Source: a virus
Lineage: Duplodnaviria > Heunggongvirae > Uroviricota > Caudoviricetes
DNA: 17,104 bases
Reading direction: 5' to 3' (one strand)
Virus record (IMG/VR): IMGVR_UViG_2534681701_000012
Positions 1 through 7,406 of this stretch are shown one piece after another. Made by a program: the position numbers and the translations under genes. The notes below the pieces were generated by a model. That model saw nothing but the letters and a program-made list of their open reading frames with translations. It was not told the origin of the DNA and did no database searches. Positions within the stretch are counted from its first letter, which is position 1. Each line of letters starts with the position of its first letter.

Positions 1-1131
1 TCAAATGACCAGTTTTTTCCATTCCTTACCGCGTGCGTCGTTGTAAATATCGGTCATTTTTTGATTCGAATGGCCCAGCAAAATTTTGGTATCAACCCCC
101 TGCTCTCTGAACAATCGCTCTGATAAAGATCTCTGCTCATGGAAAGAGGGTGGGGTGCCATTAGCACGCCAGTTGTAATCCACAGAATCCCGGGCTTTTT
201 TAAATGCAACGGTTAATGTTGCTGGCTTAACCATCCCGCCGCGCTTAGCTGTCCCTTTCGCGTGATGGTGGTGCAATAGCCACGGACTAAGAACGCAATC
301 GCGGCAGGATGACACTACATCATCCAGGGTGAGATTTAATTTATCGCAACGCAGAGCCAGAGGGATGGCAATCCGGGTTCCTGTTTTTTGCTGTTCGACA
401 TGAAGATAACCATCCCGGATATCCGAAAATTGCATTTTGCAAATATCTGAAAGGCGCTGGCCTGTCATCAGTGCCAGCAGCATACCGCGCTGTAAAAAGT
501 AACCATCCTTTTCCGCTGCGTTATAAATCATCATCCACTCATCAAAAGTCAGTCGCTGTCTTGATATCCGCACCTGCGGTTTTTTTGCCGATTCTGCAGG
601 GTTAAAGCCTGGCGGGACATCGCCCGTTTGCTGAGCTTCCCGGAAAACATCGATCAGTACTTTCCTGAAAATTTGTCCCATTCTGTTATGTCCTCTGGCC
701 TTGTACTCTTCCAGTACTGATACCACATCTTTTACGGTTATGGCATCTAACGGTCTGGTGCCAAAACGTTCATCAAATACCCTGAGAGGGGCCGCTTTCT
801 GTTTCAGCGTGTTGAGTTTGATCTCGCCGTTTTCATATCTTTCCTGTTGAATTTTTCTGTAATTATTCAGAAAAATGGTAACGGTTGATGAACCGCCGGT
901 ATCACTAATAATTTTCTCCTGCAGACTGAGCATTTGTTCCATTTGCTGCCGGGCAAGACGGCTGTTCGCTTCTGCTGCAATAGTTTCTGCCAGTTTCTGG
1001 TCAATACTGCCGAGACCGTGATTTTTGCCTGTTATGGGATGCCTGTAACGCCAGTAAACTTTGTTATTTCTTTTGTCAAAATACGGAGATAATCCCGGAA
1101 CATCGGTTTTATATTTTCGCGGGCGCGCCAT
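1..1131 (-). CDS. int: Phage tyrosine integrase (lambda Int family)
   Basis: 376-aa ORF; stop codon lies at window positions 1-3. Contains LLALMTGQRLSDI (box I Arg region, compare lambda Int VVTGQRVGDL) and C-terminal LLGHSNQKMTDIY with the catalytic Tyr. Sits at the prophage end with xis overlapping its start. Confidence 0.9.
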   Translation of the reverse strand: MARPRKYKTDVPGLSPYFDKRNNKVYWRYRHPITGKNHGLGSIDQKLAETIAAEANSRLARQQMEQMLSLQEKIISDTGGSSTVTIFLNNYRKIQQERYENGEIKLNTLKQKAAPLRVFDERFGTRPLDAITVKDVVSVLEEYKARGHNRMGQIFRKVLIDVFREAQQTGDVPPGFNPAESAKKPQVRISRQRLTFDEWMMIYNAAEKDGYFLQRGMLLALMTGQRLSDICKMQFSDIRDGYLHVEQQKTGTRIAIPLALRCDKLNLTLDDVVSSCRDCVLSPWLLHHHHAKGTAKRGGMVKPATLTVAFKKARDSVDYNWRANGTPPSFHEQRSLSERLFREQGVDTKILLGHSNQKMTDIYNDARGKEWKKLVI

Positions 1132-1357
1132 CTTCCAGTATCCTCTTCAAAGCAGGGTGATCTGTGGCGATCACCTCTGGCTTGTTTACCATTCCGACAA
1201 AGCGAGCTTGCGGATCCACTCGCCAGCGTCTTCCAACTTTTTTGGGGAGAGGAAATATCATTCCGGCTTTAGCGTATTTACTTAACGTACTCGGAGTTGG
1301 GACCGGTTCACTGAATTCCTCTTTTGCCCACTCAGTGAGCAGAATAAGTCTTGCCAT
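1109..1357 (-). CDS. xis: Excisionase-like small DNA-binding protein
   Basis: 82-aa basic ORF immediately upstream of int, overlapping its start by 23 nt (classic xis-int arrangement). N-terminal MARLILLTEWAKEEF resembles enterobacterial prophage excisionases. Confidence 0.7.
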   Translation of the reverse strand: MARLILLTEWAKEEFSEPVPTPSTLSKYAKAGMIFPLPKKVGRRWRVDPQARFVGMVNKPEVIATDHPALKRILEDGAPAKI

Positions 1358-1421
1358 GGGCGTCGTTCGCTAATCATGGTCGCCGCCACTATAGCTGGTG
1401 GGCAACGACCGGGGTTGAACA

Positions 1422-3365
1422 TTAAAAATCAGCCTGACTCGGGATCAGTTTTTGCCAGATAACTGAAACGTATTTTGCCTGGTAACGGGCGTCATCAAGT
1501 GCATTATGGCGCTCACCTTCGAATGGAATAGCCGTTCTGGCATCGAAGTCTATGGCTTTCCCCAGCTCAACGATTGTGCGTACATCGCGATCGTTGTAGT
1601 AACGCCACGGGCAGGGGATCCCCTGCCGTTCGTATGAACGGCGCAAAATCGTGTTGTCGAAGTTGGCTCCATTTCCCCAAACCTGAACAAAAAATTCACC
1701 GGAGTTTTCGTCGATAAATTCCCGCAATTGTAACAGTGCATCATCTAACGGGATTTCATCGGTCATAATGGCAGATTGCGCTTCGCGTGATTGCTTAAGC
1801 CACCATTTAATGGTGTCCCGATCAATGACTCCGCCAGCAGTTTCCAGATCGATAGTCTTACTAAATTCCGGTCCCATATCTCCGGTTTGCGGATCGAAAA
1901 ATATTGCACCTATTGAGATGATCGGGGCATCAGGATTTTTTCCCATGGTTTCAAGGTCGATCATTAGATGGTCACACGTCCTGCTGGTGGATGTGATTTC
2001 TTGATGACCGTTCACCTTAATTGAGTGATCTGCCGTCTCGCCAGTTTCATTATCGCTATCGTGATGCTGATTGCCGTCAGTGTTCTCCTTGTGTGGATGT
2101 TCAGCGCCTTCCATTTCCTCCGGATCATCTTCCTGAACTTCAACCTGATACTCTTCATCGAATGTTTCCTGGTATGTTGCGTCGCCCATCACCGCGCCAC
2201 AATCAGGGCAGTTGCCGCCGCCGGTCTGACCGCAGGCGGTGCAGACTTTTTCCACTTCCTGTTGCGCCACTGGTTCAGGCTGTTTCGTTTCTGGCTCGTT
2301 TTGTAACGCATTTGGGCTGTTTTGTTCCGCTTTCTGGCCGTTCTGTTCCGTTTCTTGCTGGTTCTGATTCACTGAATCGCGGGTTTCAATCCCCTTCACC
2401 CATTTCGGATCATTCGGGTCGCTAATCCCTGCAACAAATTCACCACGTGATACAGCAAGCAACTTATTGGCGTCAGGCTGGCTGATATTGGCTGCCTGCA
2501 TAATTTTGTTTACTTCGTCAGCGGTAACTTTTACCGGCTCTGGTTGTGCGATCGTGTCAGATGCACCAGTATTTTGTTGTGAACCTGAGTACGTGCCGTT
2601 TTTACGTGCGAAGTATTCCTCTTTTGTGATTTCCGTAGCTCCCAGGGCCAGTGCTTTTTCCAGACCAGAAAGTTTGTTTGCGCGACCGTATTTTTCGCCG
2701 TCCTTATCGGTGAAAAGGAAGTAGAACGGTCCCTCACGCTCTACAGATGGTTCGTCTTCCACTTCGCATTCGGTTTTTTCGTTGTCCGGCATTGCCGTTT
2801 CCACTGCATCAGTTTCTGGTACTGGTGACGGGAGAGTACCAGCTGTGCCCTGATTTGTTCCTTCGTCATCTTCAAACACGCCCTTGGTAGTCAGGTATTC
2901 AGTGATGTATTTGTTCAGTGCTACGGGATCTTTGTGAATGTCGATCGGACGCTCACGGACAAGGCCAAAAATAGTCTGACGGTCGTAGCGAACGGCATCG
3001 GGTTGTTTGCGCATTGATGCGGAAATGCGCTTCCAGTCTTCGCGATCTTTGTCGATAACTTCATTTTTTGCCCAGCGATGGATGCTGCCGTCAATGTTTC
3101 CGGTATCAATATCGCCAGGCCAGAGAGCGTAGGCCAGTTCTTCATCCAGCGTTTTCCATGTCTGCTTGTATTCGCGACAAATGGCGGCAGTGACTGGGTT
3201 GATTTTTCCTGCTGAGTTTTCAGTGTTCTGTTGATTGACTCTGGCGCTGGCGAGATCAACAACAGACGTGTATTTTCCAGTCTCTTTGCGCTCTGCGTCC
3301 TGCCGTTTTTTCCAGTTACTTTTTCCAGTTACGTAATTCAGCCTGAATTTCGGGCCATTTGGCAC
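1422..3365 (-). CDS. Putative 3'-5' exonuclease (DnaQ/DEDDh domain at C-terminus) with zinc-ribbon and acidic linker
   Basis: 647-aa ORF. C-terminal ~190 aa carry Exo I/II/III motifs (MIDLETMG, WGNGANFD, HNALDDARY). Central CTACGQTGGGNCPDCG is a CxxC...CxxC motif. Long D/E/Q-rich low-complexity middle region. The 5' end overlaps the upstream ORF by 50 nt. Confidence 0.8.
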   Translation of the reverse strand: MPNGPKFRLNYVTGKSNWKKRQDAERKETGKYTSVVDLASARVNQQNTENSAGKINPVTAAICREYKQTWKTLDEELAYALWPGDIDTGNIDGSIHRWAKNEVIDKDREDWKRISASMRKQPDAVRYDRQTIFGLVRERPIDIHKDPVALNKYITEYLTTKGVFEDDEGTNQGTAGTLPSPVPETDAVETAMPDNEKTECEVEDEPSVEREGPFYFLFTDKDGEKYGRANKLSGLEKALALGATEITKEEYFARKNGTYSGSQQNTGASDTIAQPEPVKVTADEVNKIMQAANISQPDANKLLAVSRGEFVAGISDPNDPKWVKGIETRDSVNQNQQETEQNGQKAEQNSPNALQNEPETKQPEPVAQQEVEKVCTACGQTGGGNCPDCGAVMGDATYQETFDEEYQVEVQEDDPEEMEGAEHPHKENTDGNQHHDSDNETGETADHSIKVNGHQEITSTSRTCDHLMIDLETMGKNPDAPIISIGAIFFDPQTGDMGPEFSKTIDLETAGGVIDRDTIKWWLKQSREAQSAIMTDEIPLDDALLQLREFIDENSGEFFVQVWGNGANFDNTILRRSYERQGIPCPWRYYNDRDVRTIVELGKAIDFDARTAIPFEGERHNALDDARYQAKYVSVIWQKLIPSQADF

Positions 3366-3909
3366 CCGGATTACATTTGTGTTTAACCCATCCGATAGCG
3401 AACAGTTTGCGTTCCGGATACATAGCGTTAATTTCAGGCGTTTTCATCAGTGCTTCAACGATATGCCCGTCAAAGGTAGCAACGTCTTCCTGCAGTAATT
3501 CCTGCGCGTCAATCGCCATATCAACGGTGATGTTTTCACATGTACCGAACTTAACCAGGACCGCGTTCTGTACTTCAAGGGACAGCTTGTCAAAATTGAC
3601 GTTCATCGGATCGGATTCTGGTTCGACCGGAATAAAGGAAGCGGATTCCTCATCCCAGCGGTTTTCCTGCATATATTCAGCATCCCAGGAATCGAGGGCA
3701 GGGCGGGGTATACCGGGTTTATCCTCGCAAACAAGAAATTTATAAGCGCAGTCCTGAGCAGCCGGATAATGTTCCAGGAATTGCCAGTGAAATTTTGCGC
3801 GGGCGCGACGTTCATCACCGGCTTCAATGGCAGTGGCTACAGCGACGGCACCTTCTTCCTTTATTGCCTGTTCGTCCGGAATGGCGGCGCAAATAAAGAC
3901 TTTACTCAT
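3316..3909 (-). CDS. Hypothetical prophage early-left protein
   Basis: 197-aa ORF in the leftward operon between ydfD-like and the exonuclease, co-directional, with normal codon composition. No family recognised from sequence. Confidence 0.6.
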   Translation of the reverse strand: MSKVFICAAIPDEQAIKEEGAVAVATAIEAGDERRARAKFHWQFLEHYPAAQDCAYKFLVCEDKPGIPRPALDSWDAEYMQENRWDEESASFIPVEPESDPMNVNFDKLSLEVQNAVLVKFGTCENITVDMAIDAQELLQEDVATFDGHIVEALMKTPEINAMYPERKLFAIGWVKHKCNPGAKWPEIQAELRNWKK

Positions 3910-4004
3910 TTTGTTTTAACCTCATTACAGATTTCAGGGTGAACGAATCCCTGCCATTGCTGGCATTTTTAATCCGTTGGTATGGTGTTAATATGGCTGG
4001 AGGG

Positions 4005-4193
4005 TTATCCAGCCGGTGTTTCGTTATTCAGGTACAGCGATACTTTTTTTAGCGGGAGGCATTCACCAGAAATTTTTTGCTCGTCTCTTGCCTGGAGGCA
4101 GGATTCTTTACTTGCATAAATTCCGGTAATCACATTCTGTGATTCACCCGTTATAAGAAAAACCGTCATCATCAGTGCAAATGCTGAAGTCAT
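4005..4193 (-). CDS. ydfD: YdfD-like small protein with hydrophobic N-terminus
   Basis: 62-aa ORF whose ATG overlaps the dicB stop (ATGA). N-terminal MTSAFALMMTVFLITGE is signal/TM-like. Position directly after dicB matches ydfD of the Qin prophage. Confidence 0.6.
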   Translation of the reverse strand: MTSAFALMMTVFLITGESQNVITGIYASKESCLQARDEQKISGECLPLKKVSLYLNNETPAG

Positions 4194-4378
4194 TGACGTT
4201 CTCCGAAAATACCAAGTTCAAGAAGAGCAATTCGGGAAAGTATGGAATTATCATTGAGCAGATAAGGCTCATATTTCCTCATATTAATGGCATCTTCAGT
4301 AAACTCCCGGTTACTGAGCAGAACACCAATATCAAAACAACCTTCAGACGTATTAACGTTTGGTAATAACGTTTCCAT
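4190..4378 (-). CDS. dicB: DicB-like cell-division inhibitor
   Basis: 62-aa ORF; N-terminus METLLPNVNTSEGCFDIGV...FTEDAIN closely matches my recollection of E. coli DicB (MKTLLPNVNTSEGCFEIGV...FTEDAIN). Lies downstream of the DicF-like element, as in the Qin dicB operon. Confidence 0.8.
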   Translation of the reverse strand: METLLPNVNTSEGCFDIGVLLSNREFTEDAINMRKYEPYLLNDNSILSRIALLELGIFGERQ

Positions 4379-4556
4379 TATCGCGTCCTCAACAATGAAT
4401 TTTGTGATGCAGTGCCTGGTGCCTCCAGGTGACGTTAACCAGTTAACAATTAACGCCGGATTAGTTGATGCTCGTTACGCCCGTAAAATACCGCCTTACT
4501 GCTTTAACTGTTCCGCGTGCGCATAGCCGCATTCACCGCATCACAAAATTCACTTT

Positions 4557-4596
4557 AAAAAGGGCGGATATCCGTTTCCGCCGAATCACCAGAAAA
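4557..4596 (-). ncRNA. dicF: DicF-like small RNA (short variant) ending in an intrinsic terminator
   Basis: Minus strand reads UUUCUGGUGAUUCGGCGGAAACGGAUAUCCGCCCUUUUU. The 5' UUUCUGGUGA and 3' CCGCCCUUUUU match the ends of K-12 DicF as I recall it. 6-bp stem GGCGGA/UCCGCC with an 8-nt loop plus U-run. The following sequence toward dicB also looks like the K-12 dicF-dicB spacer. Ends approximate. Confidence 0.6.
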
Positions 4597-4897
4597 GTGA
4601 TAACAGAGGGCGTTGCTGCGGGGTTGTCACTTAAGCGTATGGTCAACCTGACAACCCGGTGTCCTCAGCGGGGAAGGAATAACCCCGCCATACTTACCGC
4701 CGCGCCATTTCGCGGATTGCCACAACCGGAAGCGCACGGTCGAATTAAATTTAACGACTACCTACAGAGAGACGAACTTCGCCGTGCGCTTTCGCGTTAT
4801 GCCCTGACTTTTCAGGGATATATCCTTTTCAGTAAACTGTCAGTGCCGGATTCTTATCCGTGTCCGGCGCACGCACTCTACCTCACCTGTGAATAAA

Positions 4898-5272
4898 TTA
4901 ATGATTAATTGATATTTTGTTGTTTGATTCAACTTTCCCATCGGATGTGTGATGCTTTAAATCACAGGAATTAATACTGCTTGCTGTAAAATGATTTTCA
5001 AGGGGAGCTATTCGAATCCCTTTCTTTTTCATTAACAAGCCAAATCCTTTATTAAGGATGTCCATTAATTCCAGGAAGTATTTTTCATGTAAATCCTGGT
5101 TATCAGAGAGCTGATTCTCTTCGCACAGACCGATAAAGGCACGACGCACGTTACCGGATATAGTATCGATGGTTTCTTTTTCTACGGTACTCAGGTCAAG
5201 AGTCGCCGGTTGGGAACGAACTATATTCGCTGCCATTTCCTGGAATTGCATTGGTAAATCTTTAAATTCCAT
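4898..5272 (-). CDS. Hypothetical protein inserted between ydfC-like and dicF-like
   Basis: 124-aa ORF with GAGG Shine-Dalgarno 7 nt upstream of the ATG, starting 22 nt after the ydfC-like stop. The 3' third is AT-rich (about 4900-5060). No recognisable motif. Confidence 0.6.
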   Translation of the reverse strand: MEFKDLPMQFQEMAANIVRSQPATLDLSTVEKETIDTISGNVRRAFIGLCEENQLSDNQDLHEKYFLELMDILNKGFGLLMKKKGIRIAPLENHFTASSINSCDLKHHTSDGKVESNNKISINH

Positions 5273-5294
5273 TATTAGCCTCGTTGGTTAGCTA

Positions 5295-5513
5295 TTAACG
5301 CGGGTATGTAATCATTCTGGCAATGCTTAATGCCGCTGCTTTTTCCAGATTAGTGATATCCTGCTCCAGAGCGGACAGATTTTCAGCCTGCTTAGCCCTG
5401 GCTTCATTGGCCCATTTCAGATCCTGCGCTGCATTAATTTTCTGGTGCATCCACTCATAAAGTTCATCATCGGTATAGTCTGGCGCGATGATGACGGGTT
5501 CTCGTTTCTGCAT
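5295..5513 (-). CDS. ydfC: YdfC-like small protein
   Basis: 72-aa ORF third in the leftward operon; size and position match ydfC of the Qin dicB operon. Predicted coiled-coil-like sequence. Confidence 0.65.
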   Translation of the reverse strand: MQKREPVIIAPDYTDDELYEWMHQKINAAQDLKWANEARAKQAENLSALEQDITNLEKAAALSIARMITYPR

Positions 5514-5542
5514 ACTGATTCCTCGCGGTGCTGTTTCGCTTA

Positions 5543-5671
5543 TCAGCCGTTAGATTTTGCCGAACTGGAAAGCGCCTGTTTAAATTCGTTGAAGCTGAGA
5601 GCTTCTTCGCCTTCGGCAAGACCTTCGAAGTATTCTTCGTAAGCCTTTTCCATGATTGTGTCGAAATCCAT
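5543..5671 (-). CDS. ydfB: YdfB-like 42-aa protein
   Basis: Hand translation gives MDFDTIMEKAYEEYFEGLAEGEEALSFNEFKQALSSSAKSNG; it is below the ORF-track size cut-off. ATG lies 1 nt after the ydfA-like stop. Length and sequence match my recollection of YdfB. Confidence 0.6.
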   Translation of the reverse strand: MDFDTIMEKAYEEYFEGLAEGEEALSFNEFKQALSSSAKSNG

Positions 5672-5672
5672 A

Positions 5673-5828
5673 TCACTCACCTGAGTTTCTTTCCAGCCAG
5701 CGACGGGCACCATTTTCGGTTTTAAACGTTTTGCTTTTGGTATACGTCATCGCGGTGAATGTGCCCTCCTGGTTGGGAAACACGCCGTACACCAGAGATT
5801 CGTTGTTGCCAAGCTCGATAGTATCCAT
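5673..5828 (-). CDS. ydfA: YdfA-like 51-aa protein
   Basis: Hand translation gives MDTIELGNNESLVYGVFPNQEGTFTAMTYTKSKTFKTENGARRWLERNSGE; below the ORF-track cut-off. First gene of the leftward operon after the repressor, as in Qin. Confidence 0.65.
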   Translation of the reverse strand: MDTIELGNNESLVYGVFPNQEGTFTAMTYTKSKTFKTENGARRWLERNSGE

Positions 5829-6024
5829 GCTGACCTCATTTCCCCTTAACGCCGGGTGGCGGAACTAAAACCTACAGCGCCGTGCTGTTCTTGATAGAGA
5901 TATTAGTAACGCGGATATTTTAAGTCAACAGTATGGCGTATGATATTTTTGATTTGGTAACTATGTAAATGTTTTTTCAAGGGAAAAATATTAGTTATAC
6001 AGCTGATTTGCAGAAGTTATGGCA

Positions 6025-6057
6025 CAAAAAAACCGACTAAGACGTCGGTTTTTTTGT
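6025..6057. terminator. Bidirectional intrinsic terminator downstream of the repressor gene
   Basis: AAAAAAACCGAC-taagac-GTCGGTTTTTTT: 7-bp GC-containing stem flanked by an A-run and a T-run, 25 nt beyond the repressor stop. Confidence 0.55.
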
Positions 6058-6081
6058 TGTGGATGGGGTAGTGAGCGGTGG

Positions 6082-6543
6082 CTACTGGTTACGTTTCTTT
6101 AGTGCCAGCATGTTCTCGAAGGCTTCCTCGTAGAGCTTGTTTAGTCCACGTAGCTGGTTAAGGAGTTTGGCTTTTTCTGACGCAGGTAGAATCTCGAAGA
6201 GGTTAAGTAACTCTGCCTGTTCTTCATTGACCAGCCTCCATCCTTTGCCTGAAAAGTTATCATCATAAGTATCTGATGATCTTACATAATTCATTAAGTC
6301 TTTAAGGTCTTCTCGAATGTCCTCTGGTTTTACCTTTAACAGAGCCGCAAATTTTAGCGCAGCGTCGGTATTTACCGGTATCTTGCCGTTCAGATACTGG
6401 CTAACGGTGCCTTGAGATTCGAATCCCAACAACTCAGCCGCCAGCTCTTGAGTCAGCTTCAGCTCTTTTTTTCTTGCATTCCATGCGGCTTTTAAATTCT
6501 TGCTCGCTTCTGGAGTTGCAATCACTTCGCGTGTTTTTTTCAT
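6082..6543 (-). CDS. CI/DicA/RacR-like HTH repressor (XRE family)
   Basis: 153-aa ORF with HTH LTQELAAELLGFESQGTVSQYLNG, transcribed divergently from a Cro-like gene across a 100-bp AT-rich intergenic region. Confidence 0.85.
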   Translation of the reverse strand: MKKTREVIATPEASKNLKAAWNARKKELKLTQELAAELLGFESQGTVSQYLNGKIPVNTDAALKFAALLKVKPEDIREDLKDLMNYVRSSDTYDDNFSGKGWRLVNEEQAELLNLFEILPASEKAKLLNQLRGLNKLYEEAFENMLALKKRNQ

Positions 6544-6644
6544 ACATAGAGTTTATTTGTTTTACCAATATTATCAAAGATAGTCTGGCTATTGATCTTT
6601 AAAATTAGCGGGGCTAATATTTGCTCGAGGCATAACGTAGAAGG
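6544..6644. promoter_or_regulatory. Divergent promoter/operator region of the immunity switch
   Basis: AT-rich 101-bp spacer between divergent repressor and Cro-like genes. Contains TATCAAAGATAG and CTATTGATCTTTAAAATTAG, related to TTGATAGAGATAT at 5891-5903. Operator assignment is inferential. Confidence 0.45.
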
Positions 6645-6926
6645 TTGGCTATGAACTTAAGAGACTATTTAAAAGAGAAACATATCACCCAGCTACAGTT
6701 TGGGAAGCTAACGGGTTTATCTCAGGTGCATGTAAGTCGAGTGCTGGGGGGCTATGAAAGATTCAGCCCTGAAAAAGCATTACGTGTTGCTGAAGTAACG
6801 AATTTCGAGGTTACACCTCATGAACTCCGGCCTGATATTTACCCGAATCCAACCGACGGCTTACCTGTTGGATTCAAGGCTAACACACCAAATGCATCGG
6901 AGTTGATTCATGAAAATCAGGCATGA
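6645..6926 (+). CDS. ydaS: Cro/YdaS-like HTH protein
   Basis: 93-aa ORF with HTH LQFGKLTGLSQVHVSRVLGG, first gene of the rightward operon, overlapping the next gene start. Resembles Rac YdaS. Confidence 0.75.
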   Translation: MAMNLRDYLKEKHITQLQFGKLTGLSQVHVSRVLGGYERFSPEKALRVAEVTNFEVTPHELRPDIYPNPTDGLPVGFKANTPNASELIHENQA

Positions 6927-7335
6927 GCACATCCGCATGGCGATGAATGCCTGGGCGCATCCGGACGGTGAAAAAGTTCCGGCAGCTGAAATAACCCGGG
7001 CTTATTTTGAGCTTGGTATGACGTTCCCGGAATTATATGACGACAGCCATCCGGAAGCCCTGGCTCGCAATACCCAGAAAATTTTCCGCTGGGTGGAGAA
7101 AGACACTCCTGATGCGGTTAAAAAAATTCAGGCGTTGTTACCAGCGATCGAAAAAGCAATGCCGCCTCTGCTGGTGGCCCGAATGCGCAGCCACAGTTCA
7201 GCTTATTTTCGGGAGCTGGTGGAGACGCGGGAACGACTGGTGAGAGACGCTGATGATTTTGTCGCAGTGGCGATCGCTGGTTTCAACCAGATGAATCGTG
7301 GTGGCCCGGCGGGAAATATTGTGGTTGTGCATTGA
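6910..7335 (+). CDS. ydaT: YdaT-like protein (CII-position regulator/toxin family of Rac-type prophages)
   Basis: 141-aa ORF; GGAG Shine-Dalgarno 7 nt upstream. Sequence MKIRHEHIRMAMNAWAHPDGEKVPAAEITRAYFELGMTFPELYDD matches my recollection of Rac YdaT. Confidence 0.75.
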   Translation: MKIRHEHIRMAMNAWAHPDGEKVPAAEITRAYFELGMTFPELYDDSHPEALARNTQKIFRWVEKDTPDAVKKIQALLPAIEKAMPPLLVARMRSHSSAYFRELVETRERLVRDADDFVAVAIAGFNQMNRGGPAGNIVVVH

Positions 7336-7406
7336 CTGACAATATTCATACCGGACCGCTTCCGGTAATTCGTGAGTAAAAAGATTCGGTATCAGAAGAG
7401 GTGAGT

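Noticed and set aside
1-60. Attachment site (attL) at the integrase end
   Set aside because: The window begins at the integrase stop codon, so the att core would lie outside the window.
2021-2425. Plus-strand ORFs (134 and 93 aa) inside the exonuclease gene
   Set aside because: Antisense to a well-supported long CDS; Arg/Pro/Ser-rich composition typical of reverse-frame artefacts.
3940-3965. TGCCA-ttgc-TGGCA-TTTTT hairpin as terminator of the leftward operon
   Set aside because: The T-run is on the plus strand, while local genes are on the minus strand; on the minus strand there is no U-tract. Not a convincing terminator for the operon.
4465-4896. 143-aa plus-strand ORF
   Set aside because: Lies antisense to the DicF-like RNA and the dicF-dicB spacer within a minus-strand operon; Arg-rich and without a credible ribosome-binding site. 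Most likely a non-coding frame.
5830-6081. Search for an N-like antiterminator gene and nut sites downstream of the leftward promoter
   Set aside because: The first leftward gene is the 51-aa ydfA-like ORF, not an arginine-rich N protein. The boxB-like hairpin at 10655-10670 is in the wrong place for nutR.
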